The notes: generated by a model from the sequence alone, not told the origin. DNA of 64,000 nucleotides from Octopus sinensis (GCF_006345805.1 NC_042999.1:42842001-42906000), one strand, 5' to 3'; positions 12,761 to 24,680 are shown, counted from the first letter of the stretch. Numbers and translations are program-made.

Positions 12761-12789
12761 CATGTATGTATGTATATGTATTTGTATGT

Positions 12790-13215
12790 GTGTATGCGTT
12801 CTAACGAATTTTTCCACTGTCTAGGCTTAAAAAAAAGCCCTTATTGTTGGTTTCCTTGTCCTGTTTTTATTCTTTATTTGTACTGTTTTTTTTCTTCATT
12901 TGTATTGCTTTTACGTCCTGTTCTTGTCACTTTTTTTTTTACCCCTCTGCAAAGGAATTTTATTTAATTCATTTTGCAGGAAAGACCGCTTCGGCCGGAT
13001 CGTGTTCTGCCCTTACCTTCGAAACACACATTGAGTCGAAACAGGGGCAGCTGATGAAGGGGAATATTCCTTGTATTGTTTGTCTTGTACTTTGTTTTTT
13101 TCGTTGTTAAAAAAAAGTCCGTTTCCTTGTTTGATTTTATGTTTTCGTTTCTCGTTGTGTTCTACGTCTATTTGTGGTGTCCTGTACTCATATATGCATG
13201 TATATATACATATTG
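12790..13215 (+). mobile_element. pLTR-like element X1 with a permuted hammerhead-like motif
   Basis: T-rich body with CTGATGA at 13051; its 3' end tgtcctgtactcatatatgcatgtatatata is homologous to the end of 24050-24680. Confidence 0.5.
13002..13062 (+). ncRNA. Candidate non-circularly permuted hammerhead ribozyme
   Basis: GTGT-T-CTGCCC..CTTC-GAA-ACAC..GGGCAG-CTGATGA-A-GGGG: all three stems can pair around an intact core, but in a rearranged strand order. Confidence 0.65.
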
Positions 13216-13299
13216 ATGTAGGTATGTACATATATGTATGTATGCATGTTTTATTTATTAAATTGTTATTATATATATATATATATATATGCACACAGA

Positions 13300-13399
13300 N
13301 NNNNNNNNNNNNNNNNNNNNNNNNNNNNNNNNNNNNNNNNNNNNNNNNNNNNNNNNNNNNNNNNNNNNNNNNNNNNNNNNNNNNNNNNNNNNNNNNNNN
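13300..13399. other. Assembly gap (100 N)
   Basis: Run of exactly 100 N between microsatellites. Confidence 1.
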
Positions 13400-13426
13400 A
13401 CATACACACACATATATATATATATT

Positions 13427-13490
<64 letters not shown>

Positions 13491-13915
13491 TATATATATG
13501 TATATTATATAGCTATATATGTATCTACATACACGCACACCACACATTGTACTTATACATATATACATACATACATACATCATGCATAGACATGTGCATA
13601 CAGGTATACACATACACACCGCACACGCACATGTAAGTATGTATGTATGTATGTCTAAATATATATATAGATATATATCTATATAGTATATAATCTCATT
13701 TCTGGTAGATACATATATATGTATATTATATAAAGATATAGATATATAATGAGGAGAGAGAGAGAGAGGAGAGAGATGGAGAGCGGAGAGGAGATAGAGA
13801 GAGAGGAGAGAGAGGAGAGAGAGAGAGATAGCTTGGAGAGAGGAGAGAGAGGAGGGAGAGAGAGGAGAGAGAGAGAGAGAAGAGAGAGAGAGAATAGAGA
13901 GAGAGAGAGAAAGGA
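13400..13915. repeat. (TA)n, (TACA)n and (GA)n-rich simple-repeat block
   Basis: Direct reading; purine tract 13750-13915. Confidence 0.9.
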
Positions 13916-14272
13916 AGTCAGTAAGAAAACCTAAATAAATACACACAGCAACAAAAATCAAATTAAAACTACGTAGAACATTAAAAAATAAACATGACTA
14001 CAAGGCGAATTTTTATTAGAATTCTTATCAAAAATGATTAAAGTAATTACAAAAATCGTATACATGGAAGGAAATATATAAAAACTTTATTTGATATTCT
14101 TCTCCAAAATGTTTCAAAATCCATGAAAAAAAATGAGGGAAAAGAAATATCTTGCCATTTGAAGAGCAATGCAAGATGGGTTTGTTGTATATACGCGCAT
14201 GATCGATTTTAACATGTCTCATGGGAGTTGCTGGGCAACGTAGAGGTCAGAATAAAATGAAAGAAAGAGGAT

Positions 14273-14433
14273 TGGAGGTGGCGGTGTGGTAAGAAGCTTG
14301 CTTCCCAACCACATGATTTCGAGTTCAGTCCCACTGCGTGTTACCTTGGGCAAGTGTCTTCTACCAAAGCTCGGGGGCCGACCAAAGCCTTGTGAGTGGA
14401 TTATTTGGTAGACGGAAACTGGAAGAAGGTTGT

Positions 14434-14495
<62 letters not shown>

Positions 14496-14535
14496 TATGT
14501 GTGTGTGTGTATGTGTGTGTGTGCGTGCGTGTGTT

Positions 14536-14571
<36 letters not shown>

Positions 14572-14585
14572 GTGTGTGTGTGTGT
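14273..14585 (+). mobile_element. SINE family A 5' half ending in (GT)n
   Basis: ggtggcggtgtggtaagaagcttgcttcccaaccacatg...ccttgggcaagtgtc, then (GT)n 14436-14585. Confidence 0.8.
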
Positions 14586-14713
14586 CTGTAAACTTATGCT
14601 TAGATATACAAATATGACAAATTTAACCATTTTCCTTAGATTGAAAAGAGAGAAAAATAAACGATGAGCAGAATTCATCAATTTCAGAAACTTATTGGAT
14701 TCTCATCAGATAA

Positions 14714-14828
14714 GCGTGACACCTTGGGCAAGTGTCTTCTACTATAGCCTCGGGCCGACCAAAGCCTTGTGAGTGGATTTGGTTGACGGAAACTGAAAGA
14801 AGCCCTCGTATAAATAAGTATATATATG

Positions 14829-14900
<72 letters not shown>

Positions 14901-15160
14901 TGTGTCTGTGTTTCCCCCCCAACATCGCTTGACAACCGATGCTGGTGTGTTTACATCCCCGTAACTTAGCGATTCGGCAAAAAGAGACCGATAGAATAAG
15001 TACTAGGCTTACAAAGAACAAAGTCCTGGGGTCGATTTGCTCGACTAAAGGCGGTGCTCCAGCATGGCCACAGTCAAATGACTGAAACAAGTAAAAGAGT
15101 AAAATAGTATAGAGTATAGAACGTGATGACAGACAAATAAAAGTAAAAAGTAAAAGAGTA
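14714..15160 (+). mobile_element. SINE family A, 5'-truncated
   Basis: Starts at gcgtgacaccttgggcaagtgtc; complete tail ending gtaaaagagta plus a 3' extension. Confidence 0.85.
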
Positions 15161-15199
15161 TATGTCTACATCAATTTGACCAATCCAGAGAAGTAAGTA

Positions 15200-15605
15200 G
15201 CCTAGCACGCCGGTCGAAATGCTTAGCTCTATTTCGTCTGTCTTTACGTTCTGAGTTCAAATTCCGCCGAGGTCGACTTTGCCTTTCATCCTTTCGGGGT
15301 CGATAATGGGTGTCGATCTAATCGACTGACCCCGTCCCACAAAATTTCGAGCCTTATGTCTAGAGTAGAAAAGAATATCAATAAATGAATAGAAGCTGGC
15401 AGGTTCGTTACTACGCCGGAATAAAAAAGTGCTGAACGGCATTTCCTTCGATATTACGTTCTGAATTCAAATGCTGCAGGGGTCGAATTTGCCTTCCATC
15501 CTTTCGGTATCGATAAAATAAGTACCAGTTGAACACTCAGATCGATGTAATCGACTTGCTCCCTCTATCTAAATTGCTGGTCTGGAGCCAAAATTTGAAA
15601 CTAAT
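15200..15605 (+). mobile_element. Two adjacent SINE family B copies
   Basis: The central domain occurs at about 15255-15305 and again at about 15465-15525, each followed by a tail. Confidence 0.7.
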
Positions 15606-15637
15606 ATCAATCCACACATAGGTACATGCACATATAT

Positions 15638-16036
15638 ACTCTTTTACTTGTTTCAGTCATTTTGACTGTGGCCATGCTGGAGCACCACCGTTAGTCGAGC
15701 AAATCGACCACAAGATTTATTCTTTGTAAGCCTAGTACTTATTCTATCTGTCTCTTGTGCCGAACCGCTAAGTTACGGGGGCGTAAACACACTAGCATCG
15801 GTTGTCAAGCGATGTTGGGGGGATAGACACGGACACACAAACACACACACATATATATACATATACATATATACGAGGGCTTCTTTCAGTTTCCGTCTAG
15901 CAAATCCACTCACAAGGCTTTGGTCGGCCCGAGGCTATAGTAGAAGACACTTGCCCAAGGTGACACGCAGTGGGACTGAAACCGGAACAATGTGGTTGGT
16001 AAGCAAGCTACTTACAATATAGCCACTCCAACGCCT
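15638..16036 (-). mobile_element. SINE family A
   Basis: Full rc head, CORE-like segment and tail. Confidence 0.88.
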
Positions 16037-16961
16037 ATACATACATACAAAAATACCGTGCTGTTGATGTTGAAATTCCAAAGAAAATGCCTTGGATCTG
16101 GATTAGAAACCAGCTCTTTTTCTATTGGCAAGAAATCTTGAAATAAATGAATAATGACATTAACATACATATACATACATACATACATACATACATAAGT
16201 ACATACATACATACATATATACATACATACATACATACATACATACATACATACATACATACATACATACATACATACATACATACATACATACATACGT
16301 ACATACATACATACACACTCATTTCATTTGTTCTCTGATCATTTGGAACTCAAAAGAAACACGATTAGTCATCTACTCTTGTCGGTGCCAGCATCTGATC
16401 AAACACACATCTCACACACACACACATACACACACACTCACACACACACATACACAAATATCTATTATATACATACATACATACATGCATAAACACACAT
16501 ATGTGATTATGTACGAGCATCTATCTCAGTAATTTATAAGTATCGACCAAGTTATTAATTCAAAGCGCAATTTACCAGATACAAACCAAGACTAACAATT
16601 GAAGCTATGAATTAAAACCAAATACAGTTAAGAATCCCTTATCCGAAATTCTTAGTACTGAAAATGTTGCAGGTTTCTAGGTTTTCGGATTTCGAGGTAT
16701 TATTTCTTTTTCTCTCATCTATAAAATGGGACAAAAACACAATATCCATTTTCGTTTTATAATGTTGCTTATACATTTAACCTAAATGTAGTTTTATATA
16801 AAATTATAATAGATGTTTTTTTTTATACATTATACCATCAGAAAGGTAAGATATCAGTCTCCACTTATGATATCATGTTCTGATTAAAAGTTTGAAGTAT
16901 ATGCACGTCATTTACCGTTTATTCTGGAATTTGGCTTTATGTAAGGTAAAAAAAAAGCATA

Positions 16962-17163
16962 GGCGTAGTGGCTGTGTGGTAAATAGCTTGCTTACCAACC
17001 ACATAGTTCCAGGTTCAGTCCCACTGCATGGTACCTTGGACAAGTGACTTCTAGTATAGCCTCGGGCCGACCAAAGCCTTGTGAGTGGATTTGGTAGACG
17101 GAAATTGAAAAAGCCCGTTGTATATATGTATATATATATGTGTGTGTATATATTTATATATAT

Positions 17164-17195
<32 letters not shown>

Positions 17196-17464
17196 GTGTG
17201 TGTGTGTGTGTTTATGCGTCTGTGTTTGTCCCCCCAACATCGCTTGACAACCGATGCTGGTGTGTTTACGTCCTCGTAACATTAGCGGTTCGGCAAAAAG
17301 AGACCGATAGAATAAGTACTAGGTTTACAAGGAATAAGTCCTGGGGTCGATTTGTTCGACTAAAGGCGGTGCTCCAGCATGGCCACAGTCAAATGACTGA
17401 AACAAGTAAAAGAGTAAAAGAGTATAGAGTATAGAGTATAGAACGTGATGACAGACAAATAAAA
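16962..17464 (+). mobile_element. SINE family A, full length
   Basis: ggcgtagtggctgtgtggtaaatagcttgcttaccaaccac head through gtaaaagagtaaaagagta tail plus a 3' extension. Confidence 0.9.
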
Positions 17465-17894
17465 TGAAAACTGAAAATATCAGCACTTTATATTTAAAGT
17501 TATGTACAAGTAATGACGCTAGTCGTGTTACATTCGTAGATGGAGGTAAAATTTGGATCGCATGTAAAAATATCTTTTACTTCTCGTACAAAACAAAAAA
17601 ATGCTTGATGATCACTGCTTACAAACTTGAGGATAATGCATCCACAGACATTACAGCTGCGTCAGATTCGAGAAATTTTGCTGACAGAACTATTTCAGCC
17701 TGTGTTGAATGAACAGCTGGAATACCATATAGTTGGTGGAACTTTCCAAGCACTTTATGGAATTTTCCATTTGGAGCTTATTATGTCAGCATTCAAAAAA
17801 CTTCCAGAAGTTTTCGGATTTGGGAATTTCGGATTTTTAATTGCACTATTATATGATGTTTATGGGTATGTATGTATGTATGTATGTATGTATG

Positions 17895-18480
<586 letters not shown>

Positions 18481-18548
18481 ATTGCATGATAACAACATTG
18501 ATTAAGCTTTGTGCAATGGCCATACTCGATAACGAGGGGGCAGCCACC

Positions 18549-18579
<31 letters not shown>

Positions 18580-18858
18580 AATTCTTTATTCAAGCACTCA
18601 CGCTCTTACACAGAGGGGACAGTACAAGGACAGACACAACACCACAGTGGGGACAAAAAAAACATAAAACGAATAAAATGGAAAACTGAAAACAGATATT
18701 GTTATATTTCGGGATGGTTTTTTTCTTGTCAAATATACACTATAGTGCGTGTGCTCATTTAGCAAGAAAACAAATAACCATCATACACACACACGCACAC
18801 ACACATACACACACACACACACACACACATACCACACACACACACACACACACACACA

Positions 18859-19167
18859 CTGTTTTTTGTATTGAATACGTATCGCCACCGTGGGCCACTG
18901 CATCGAACACTTCGAACATATACTTCAAACTATATATCAACTATACATGAACTATATATCAACTATACATGAACCCTAAGATGTCTGACTCCGTTGTGTA
19001 TTATAAATGAATTTCTTGTGTTTGACGGCATGAGCTGTCTTTTTTTATATATAACTTTTTTTGATAAGGTTCATTTCAGGAACTGAAACATGTTATAATG
19101 TATATATAAAAATTAAAAATTGTATAATACAGCAGCATTTTCGAACTTCATTTTTTACAAATATATA
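18859..19167 (+). repeat. 5' pseudo-LTR of the Neptune element
   Basis: Direct repeat of 23551-23859 (offset 4692). Confidence 0.95.
19042..19112 (+). ncRNA. Minimal type I hammerhead-like motif, U3-A8 core variant
   Basis: TTGATAA-GGTTC atttcag GAACT-GAAA-CATG-TT with palindromic ACATGT stem III; imperfect proximal stem I and distal tttttatatata/tatatataaaaa pairing. Confidence 0.6.
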
Positions 19168-19226
19168 CCTACTCGTATACGAGCTAATCCTATTATAAAT
19201 ATCATATCACGTACGAGCTCCCGAAA

Positions 19227-22200
19227 ATGCCTGCTAAAAAAGACACCAACGACATCTCCTCAATAAATGAAGAGATACTGAAAGAATTGAAAAGCATAAA
19301 TTCAAACCTAACAGCAGTGTTAAACAAACTCAACTTAACACCTCGACCTTCTACACAAACTAACGAGGAAACCGAATCGAATAAAACACCCTCCGAAATA
19401 TTCGAGAAAGTTGAAAATCTGTGCGATACAATAACGACATTCTTCACAAACTTTACGAAACAAGAGCAACAAAAAGAAGGAACACATGAGAAGAACCGAG
19501 CAACTTCAACATTACAAATAAAGAACCAAGTCCTCCCCCAATGGAGAACACTACAGCGAAACAGAAAATTCGCTTTTTGGAAAATGATACAAAATCAGAA
19601 TAAAGCAGAGATTTACCAAAAATGGCTAGACTCAACACCCCTAGTCATACCCCGTAAATTACAAATCAAGCCCATCTCGGAAGAACCAGAAGAACAAAGA
19701 AAACTTAGAGAAAAAATGTCATTAGAAAAAATGAAGATGGAAATAGAACTACTTAAGCTGAGAGCTAAAACGAATGAAGAAAAAGTAAAAACCATAGACG
19801 AGGAAATCAACGAGGAAGTCATCAAACTAATAGACGACATCAATACTGAAACATTACCAGCACTATGGAATGAAGAATGTGAAAAAGAGGAACTTAAGTC
19901 CCTCCAACGATGGGAAAAGAGCGCCATCTGGTTTCTAGATCATGAAACCAACTTCAAAAATGAACATATCCAACAACCCCTTCATAAAATTAAGCAAATC
20001 AAAACCAAATACCAACAGAACGGAACAACCACCAAGAAATCCTACCACACTCTACACCAGAAAAGTACACCTAAAACACACCCCACACTACCTACACCAA
20101 CCCCAAAACACCTACAGAGGCCCACCACACCAGTTCGAAAATAGACATACCAACAGAGCAGAACAACCACCAAGAAATCCAAACACACTCTACACCAGAA
20201 AAATGCATTTAAAACGTACCCCACACTACCTACACCAACCCCAAAACACTTATAGGGTCCCACCACACCATTCCACGAACCTAAGAGCCACAACATACAA
20301 TACTATAAAATACAACCCACATAACCAAACCAAAACGCTACTACCAAACATCCACCCCAGGAACCAACCATACAACCATAACAAACAACAAATGCACTAC
20401 GGAGGAAACAACTACCAACACAATATACCTGAGGAACTAAGACGGAACACTAGGTTCAACAACAGACTCCAGAACAGAGCACCACAAACTCACTCTGACA
20501 ATTATAACAACATGAGACAGATAAATAATAGCTTTGAACATAACTACACCAACCATTTTTAGACCTTACACACAGGAACAGGGACACACGATGGCAAAGG
20601 ACAAACAAAAGAAACCTCAGGTAATTAAGATAATCAATCTCTCAAACAAAGAACTTACACCTAACGAAATAAGCATACTCTCCAAAGGACTTAAATTTAC
20701 ACCCACCCCACAACGTTCTAATTACTATGAAATGAAAGATGATATTTCGGAATTTTGCAGAAAACTAAGACTCACCGAGGCATTTCAAGACAAACAAATA
20801 GAGGAGGACTCAATAGCTAGAAACAAGAGCAATTACACCCCCACCAAGGGTAAGAATAAAGCCTTAGACCGCTATTGTGACTACATAACTAATTTCCCGT
20901 TTCAATTCATCAAGAAACAAAAAACACAGCCCTAACTTCAACAAAAGAGAATGGAACGACCTCATCAAACTAAGAGAAGACAAAACAATAACAATTAAGG
21001 AGGCAGATAAGGGCAACGCGATAGTAATAATGAATACAAACGATTATAAAAATTTAGTGCTATCCCTATTAAGAGATGAAACGTATTATGAAAGGGCCCA
21101 ACAGTATAACCAGCAAAAAATAATGCATAACCTTAGGACATTAATCAACACATACCAAGAAGGACTCACGAACAAGGAGTATGAATACATCACTAACTTC
21201 AAATGCAAATCGAGTTTGTTCTATGGTATCCCTAAGGTACACAAAAGCCAAACCATTAGAGAAACGTGCAAAACTTCCACCGACACACTCATCACAATCC
21301 CTTCACCAAATGATCTTAAACTAAGACCGATAATAGCAGGGCCAGCATGTGAAACTCACCGCCTCAGCAATTTCTTAGACACACTTCTTAAACCTTTCCT
21401 AAAACATATCAAAAGCTACGTAAGAGACGATATAGATATGCTCAACCACCTCCCTAAAACAGTCAATGAGAAAACCCTTCTAGTATCATTCGACGTAGTT
21501 AATCTTTATTCTAACATCCCTCACAACCTAGGAATAGAAGCGATCACCTTCTGGCTGAATAACTACCCCTTTGAACTCCCAACTCGCATAAACAAAGACC
21601 TTATAATAGAAGGACTTAGATTCATTTTAGAGAACAATTATTTTATTTTTGACAATGATTTCTACAGGCAAAGATCGGGAACAGCGATGGGCACGCGTAC
21701 TGCACCATCTTTTGCCAACCTAGTGATGGGATACCTCGAGAAAATACTATACCGGATGACACTCGAGAAATATGGAAACACCTTCGCCACCTATATCCAT
21801 AACAACTGGAAAAGATACCTCGATGACTGTTTCATCATCTGGGACAAAGGTATAGAGAAACTTGAGGAATTTAAAATACTATTAAATGGAATAAATGACA
21901 ATATACAATTCACGATGGACCACAACGAAAAAGAATTACCATTTTTAGACATCCTCATTAACAAAAACCGGCAACAAAATAGAGACAGATATCTACTATA
22001 AACCGACAGACTCTAAACAGTACCTACCCTTTGATTCATGCCACCCACGACACACTAGAATGAATGTCCCTTTTTGTTTAGCTAGAAGGATTTGCACCAT
22101 AATATCAGACACAAACACCCGACACACACGTCTCCAGGAACTTAGAACCACACTCACAAATAGAAACTATCCACAGCCCCTAATAGACAATGCAATTCAA

Positions 22201-22860
22201 CGGGTACTTAAATTAAGTATAGAAGACCTGAGACAAACAAAACCAAAAAAGAAAGAACAATTAAAAACCTTCCCTACATCTCTACACACAACCCACTCAA
22301 CTATGAGGCCTTCAACACCATACTACAAAGCACAGCCCTACTAAAGGGAGACCCAAAGATGAACCGGATCCTCGAAACACACACCATCATTAAAAGTAAA
22401 CGGCAACCAAAATCCTTGAAAAGGATTTTAACCCAAGCTACACTGCACTCAACATCAACCACAAAACCAGCAGTTAGAAAATGTGGAAGGCCCAACTGCG
22501 GAATCTGTGTCATCTTGAAAGAAGGATCAGAATTTATACTGGAACAAGGCCACCAGTTCACCATTAGAACAAACTTCACCTGCGCATCAGAAAACTTAAT
22601 TTACGTCATAACATAGGCAGTATATAGGCCATACAAAAAATAGCTTACGTAACAGGATGGCGGTGCATAAATCACAAATTAGAAACCTGATTACCGCAAA
22701 ATACGGTCAGCGGACACATAGATAGATGTGCTGGAAATGTAAATCCGAAATTTACAACTAACCCGCTCTAAATTCAGTGACAACGCAACCTTCACATAAC
22801 GCCAAAATAAAGAACTATATTTCATAAAAAAATTTAGACCAAGTTTAAACACCCTGAGCC
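19227..22860 (+). pseudogene. PLE polyprotein (N-terminal coiled-coil/low-complexity region, reverse transcriptase, CxxxxCxxC linker, GIY-YIG endonuclease), frameshifted
   Basis: Successive frames give IINLSNKELTPNEISILSKGLKFTP, IKEADKGNAIV, GIPKVHK, RPII, SFDVVNLYSNIP, GTAMGTRTAPSFANL, RYLDDCF, LPFLDILI, YKPTDSKQYL, KCGRPNCGIC, LIYVIT..QYIGHT, KELYFIKKFRPSLN. About 6 frame breaks. Confidence 0.92.
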
Positions 22861-23039
22861 AAGAATACTAAAACAAAAGATAAGTCCTCCGAAAAGGAGA
22901 AGCAAAATTCCACCACGGCCGCTACTTTAAACAGACACTCGCTCTGACGGAAATATGCCTTAGTAGAAAAGGAAAAAAATTCTTTCGTGCAAATCTGACC
23001 CTGATACATACGATACAGCTAAGGGTCAGACCCGATTCT

Positions 23040-23411
23040 GATTGGTCAACAAGTTGATGACGTCTAGCTCTGCTAGAATGGACAGGATACAAACAGGGGA
23101 CAGTCATTAGTCAGAATATTGATGACGTCCTTTTCTGCTTGACTAGTCACCTAACAAGTACAGACAGGGGGCAGATCTAATGTAGCTATAAGTCGTGATT
23201 GGGCAGAATCTGGATGACGTCCCGTTCTGCTTGACTAACGAAGCGACTGGTCAAAACAGGAAACAAACAAGAGGCAGTTATAATGCAGCGATTGGTCAAA
23301 ATAATGATGACGTCCCGTTCTGCTTGACTAAAGCCACCTAACGAAACGATTGGTCAAAACGTTGATGACGTCACGCTACGCTGGATTTACCACCTAACAG
23401 GCATTATAAAA
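23040..23411 (+). promoter_or_regulatory. Internal Pol II promoter-like array: 5x (ATTGG-N10-GATGACGTC) plus TATA box
   Basis: ATTGG at 23041, 23198, 23291, 23349 (ATTAG at 23106); GATGACGTC exactly 15 nt later each time; full CRE TGACGTCA at 23366-23373; TATAAAA at 23405-23411. Confidence 0.65.
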
Positions 23412-23550
23412 CCGAGCACTTCACAAAACCCACTAGAACCACCCAGCGAACATCCACCATGGGTCATCACAATTGCTTAAGGTAAAAATGAATTCCTCGC
23501 TCTTTCGGAAACATCAATCTTCTGTATTGACCGCTTTCCACCACTTTGAT

Positions 23551-23859
23551 CTGTTTTTTGTATTGAATACGTATCGCCACCGTGGGCCACTGCATCGAAC
23601 ACTTTGAACATATACTTCAAACTATATATCAACTGTACATGAACTATATATCAACTATACATGAACCCTAAGATGTCTGACTCCGTTGTGTATTATAAAT
23701 GAATTTCTTGTGTTTGACGGCATGAGCTGTCTTTTTTTATATATAACTTTTTTTGATAAGGTTCATTTCAGGAACTGAAACATGTTATAATGTATATATA
23801 AAAATAAAAAATTGTATAATACAGCAGCATTTTCGAACTTCATTTTTTACAAATATATA
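23551..23859 (+). repeat. 3' pseudo-LTR of the Neptune element
   Basis: Direct repeat of 18859-19167. Confidence 0.95.
23734..23804 (+). ncRNA. Second copy of the U3-A8 hammerhead-like motif
   Basis: Same core and stems as 19042-19112. Confidence 0.6.
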
Positions 23860-23941
23860 TATATATATATATAGATACGTACATACATACATACATACAT
23901 ATAATATATACATACATACATACATACATACATACATACAT

Positions 23942-23985
<44 letters not shown>

Positions 23986-24049
23986 ATATATAATAATAGA
24001 TTATATAGTATATATATTGTATATATAATATATATTATATACATATCCA

Positions 24050-24680
24050 TTTCCAAGTAAGTTTATCTTCACCTTTTTGATGCGACTCTCTACGGTACAC
24101 TGTTTTCTTCCTCCATCTTTTTTTAATTCCCTTTTTCTCCCCTCCCTCCTTTGCCGTTTTCTATCTCTCACTCTCTCTCTCTCTCTCTCTCCCTCTTTCT
24201 CTTTTTCTCTCTCTGTCTCTCGTTGCTCATATGTGACCATCTTTCTTTTCTTACACGGACGTTCAAAAGAACGGACGTGTTTTTTCTCTCTCGCCCTCTC
24301 TTTTCTCTTTTCAAAATAAATGTTTCTCCCGGCGTTCACTATTTTCCTCTCGTTCTGGTCTAACGACCCTCCATGTTTGTTTTCCTTCGGTTTCCTTGTA
24401 TGTGTTCACTGTCATGCTTTTGGTCCCAACTTTGACCCTCCATAAATCCTAAATTTAAAATTTAGAATTTACGGGAGCGACTATCTTTGAAGACTCGTAT
24501 TGTCGTTGAATGCTCGAAATGAGGAGTAGATAGACAGCCGACAACTGATGAAGGATCCTTTCTCTGTTTACTTGTCCTGCTTCCCATTTTTTCTCGTTGT
24601 TTACGTATTTAACTCGTTTGTTACGTATTTCATGTTATTTACACCGTTGGTGATATCCTGCACCCATATATGCATGTATA
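24050..24680 (+). mobile_element. pLTR-like element X2 with a permuted hammerhead-like motif
   Basis: Pyrimidine-rich body, CTGATGA at 24545, 3' end tatcctgcacccatatatgcatgtatatata homologous to X1; flanked by (TA)n. Confidence 0.5.
24494..24556 (+). ncRNA. Candidate non-circularly permuted hammerhead ribozyme (weak stem II)
   Basis: CTCGT-A-TTGTCG..TC-GAA-ATGAG..CGACAA-CTGATGA-A-GG: stem I 6 bp, stem III 5 bp, stem II only about 2 bp. Confidence 0.55.

Larger units (their letters stand above)
18859..23859 (+). mobile_element. Neptune-type Penelope-like retroelement with direct terminal repeats
   Basis: 309-bp direct repeats at 18859-19167 and 23551-23859 (3 differences seen) enclose RT and GIY-YIG coding fragments; flanked by (CA)n and (TA)n. 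Confidence 0.93.

Noticed and set aside
14670-14716. Minus-strand CTGATGA...GAAA motif
   Set aside because: Stem II is out of register by one base and there is no stem I pairing at the cleavage site.
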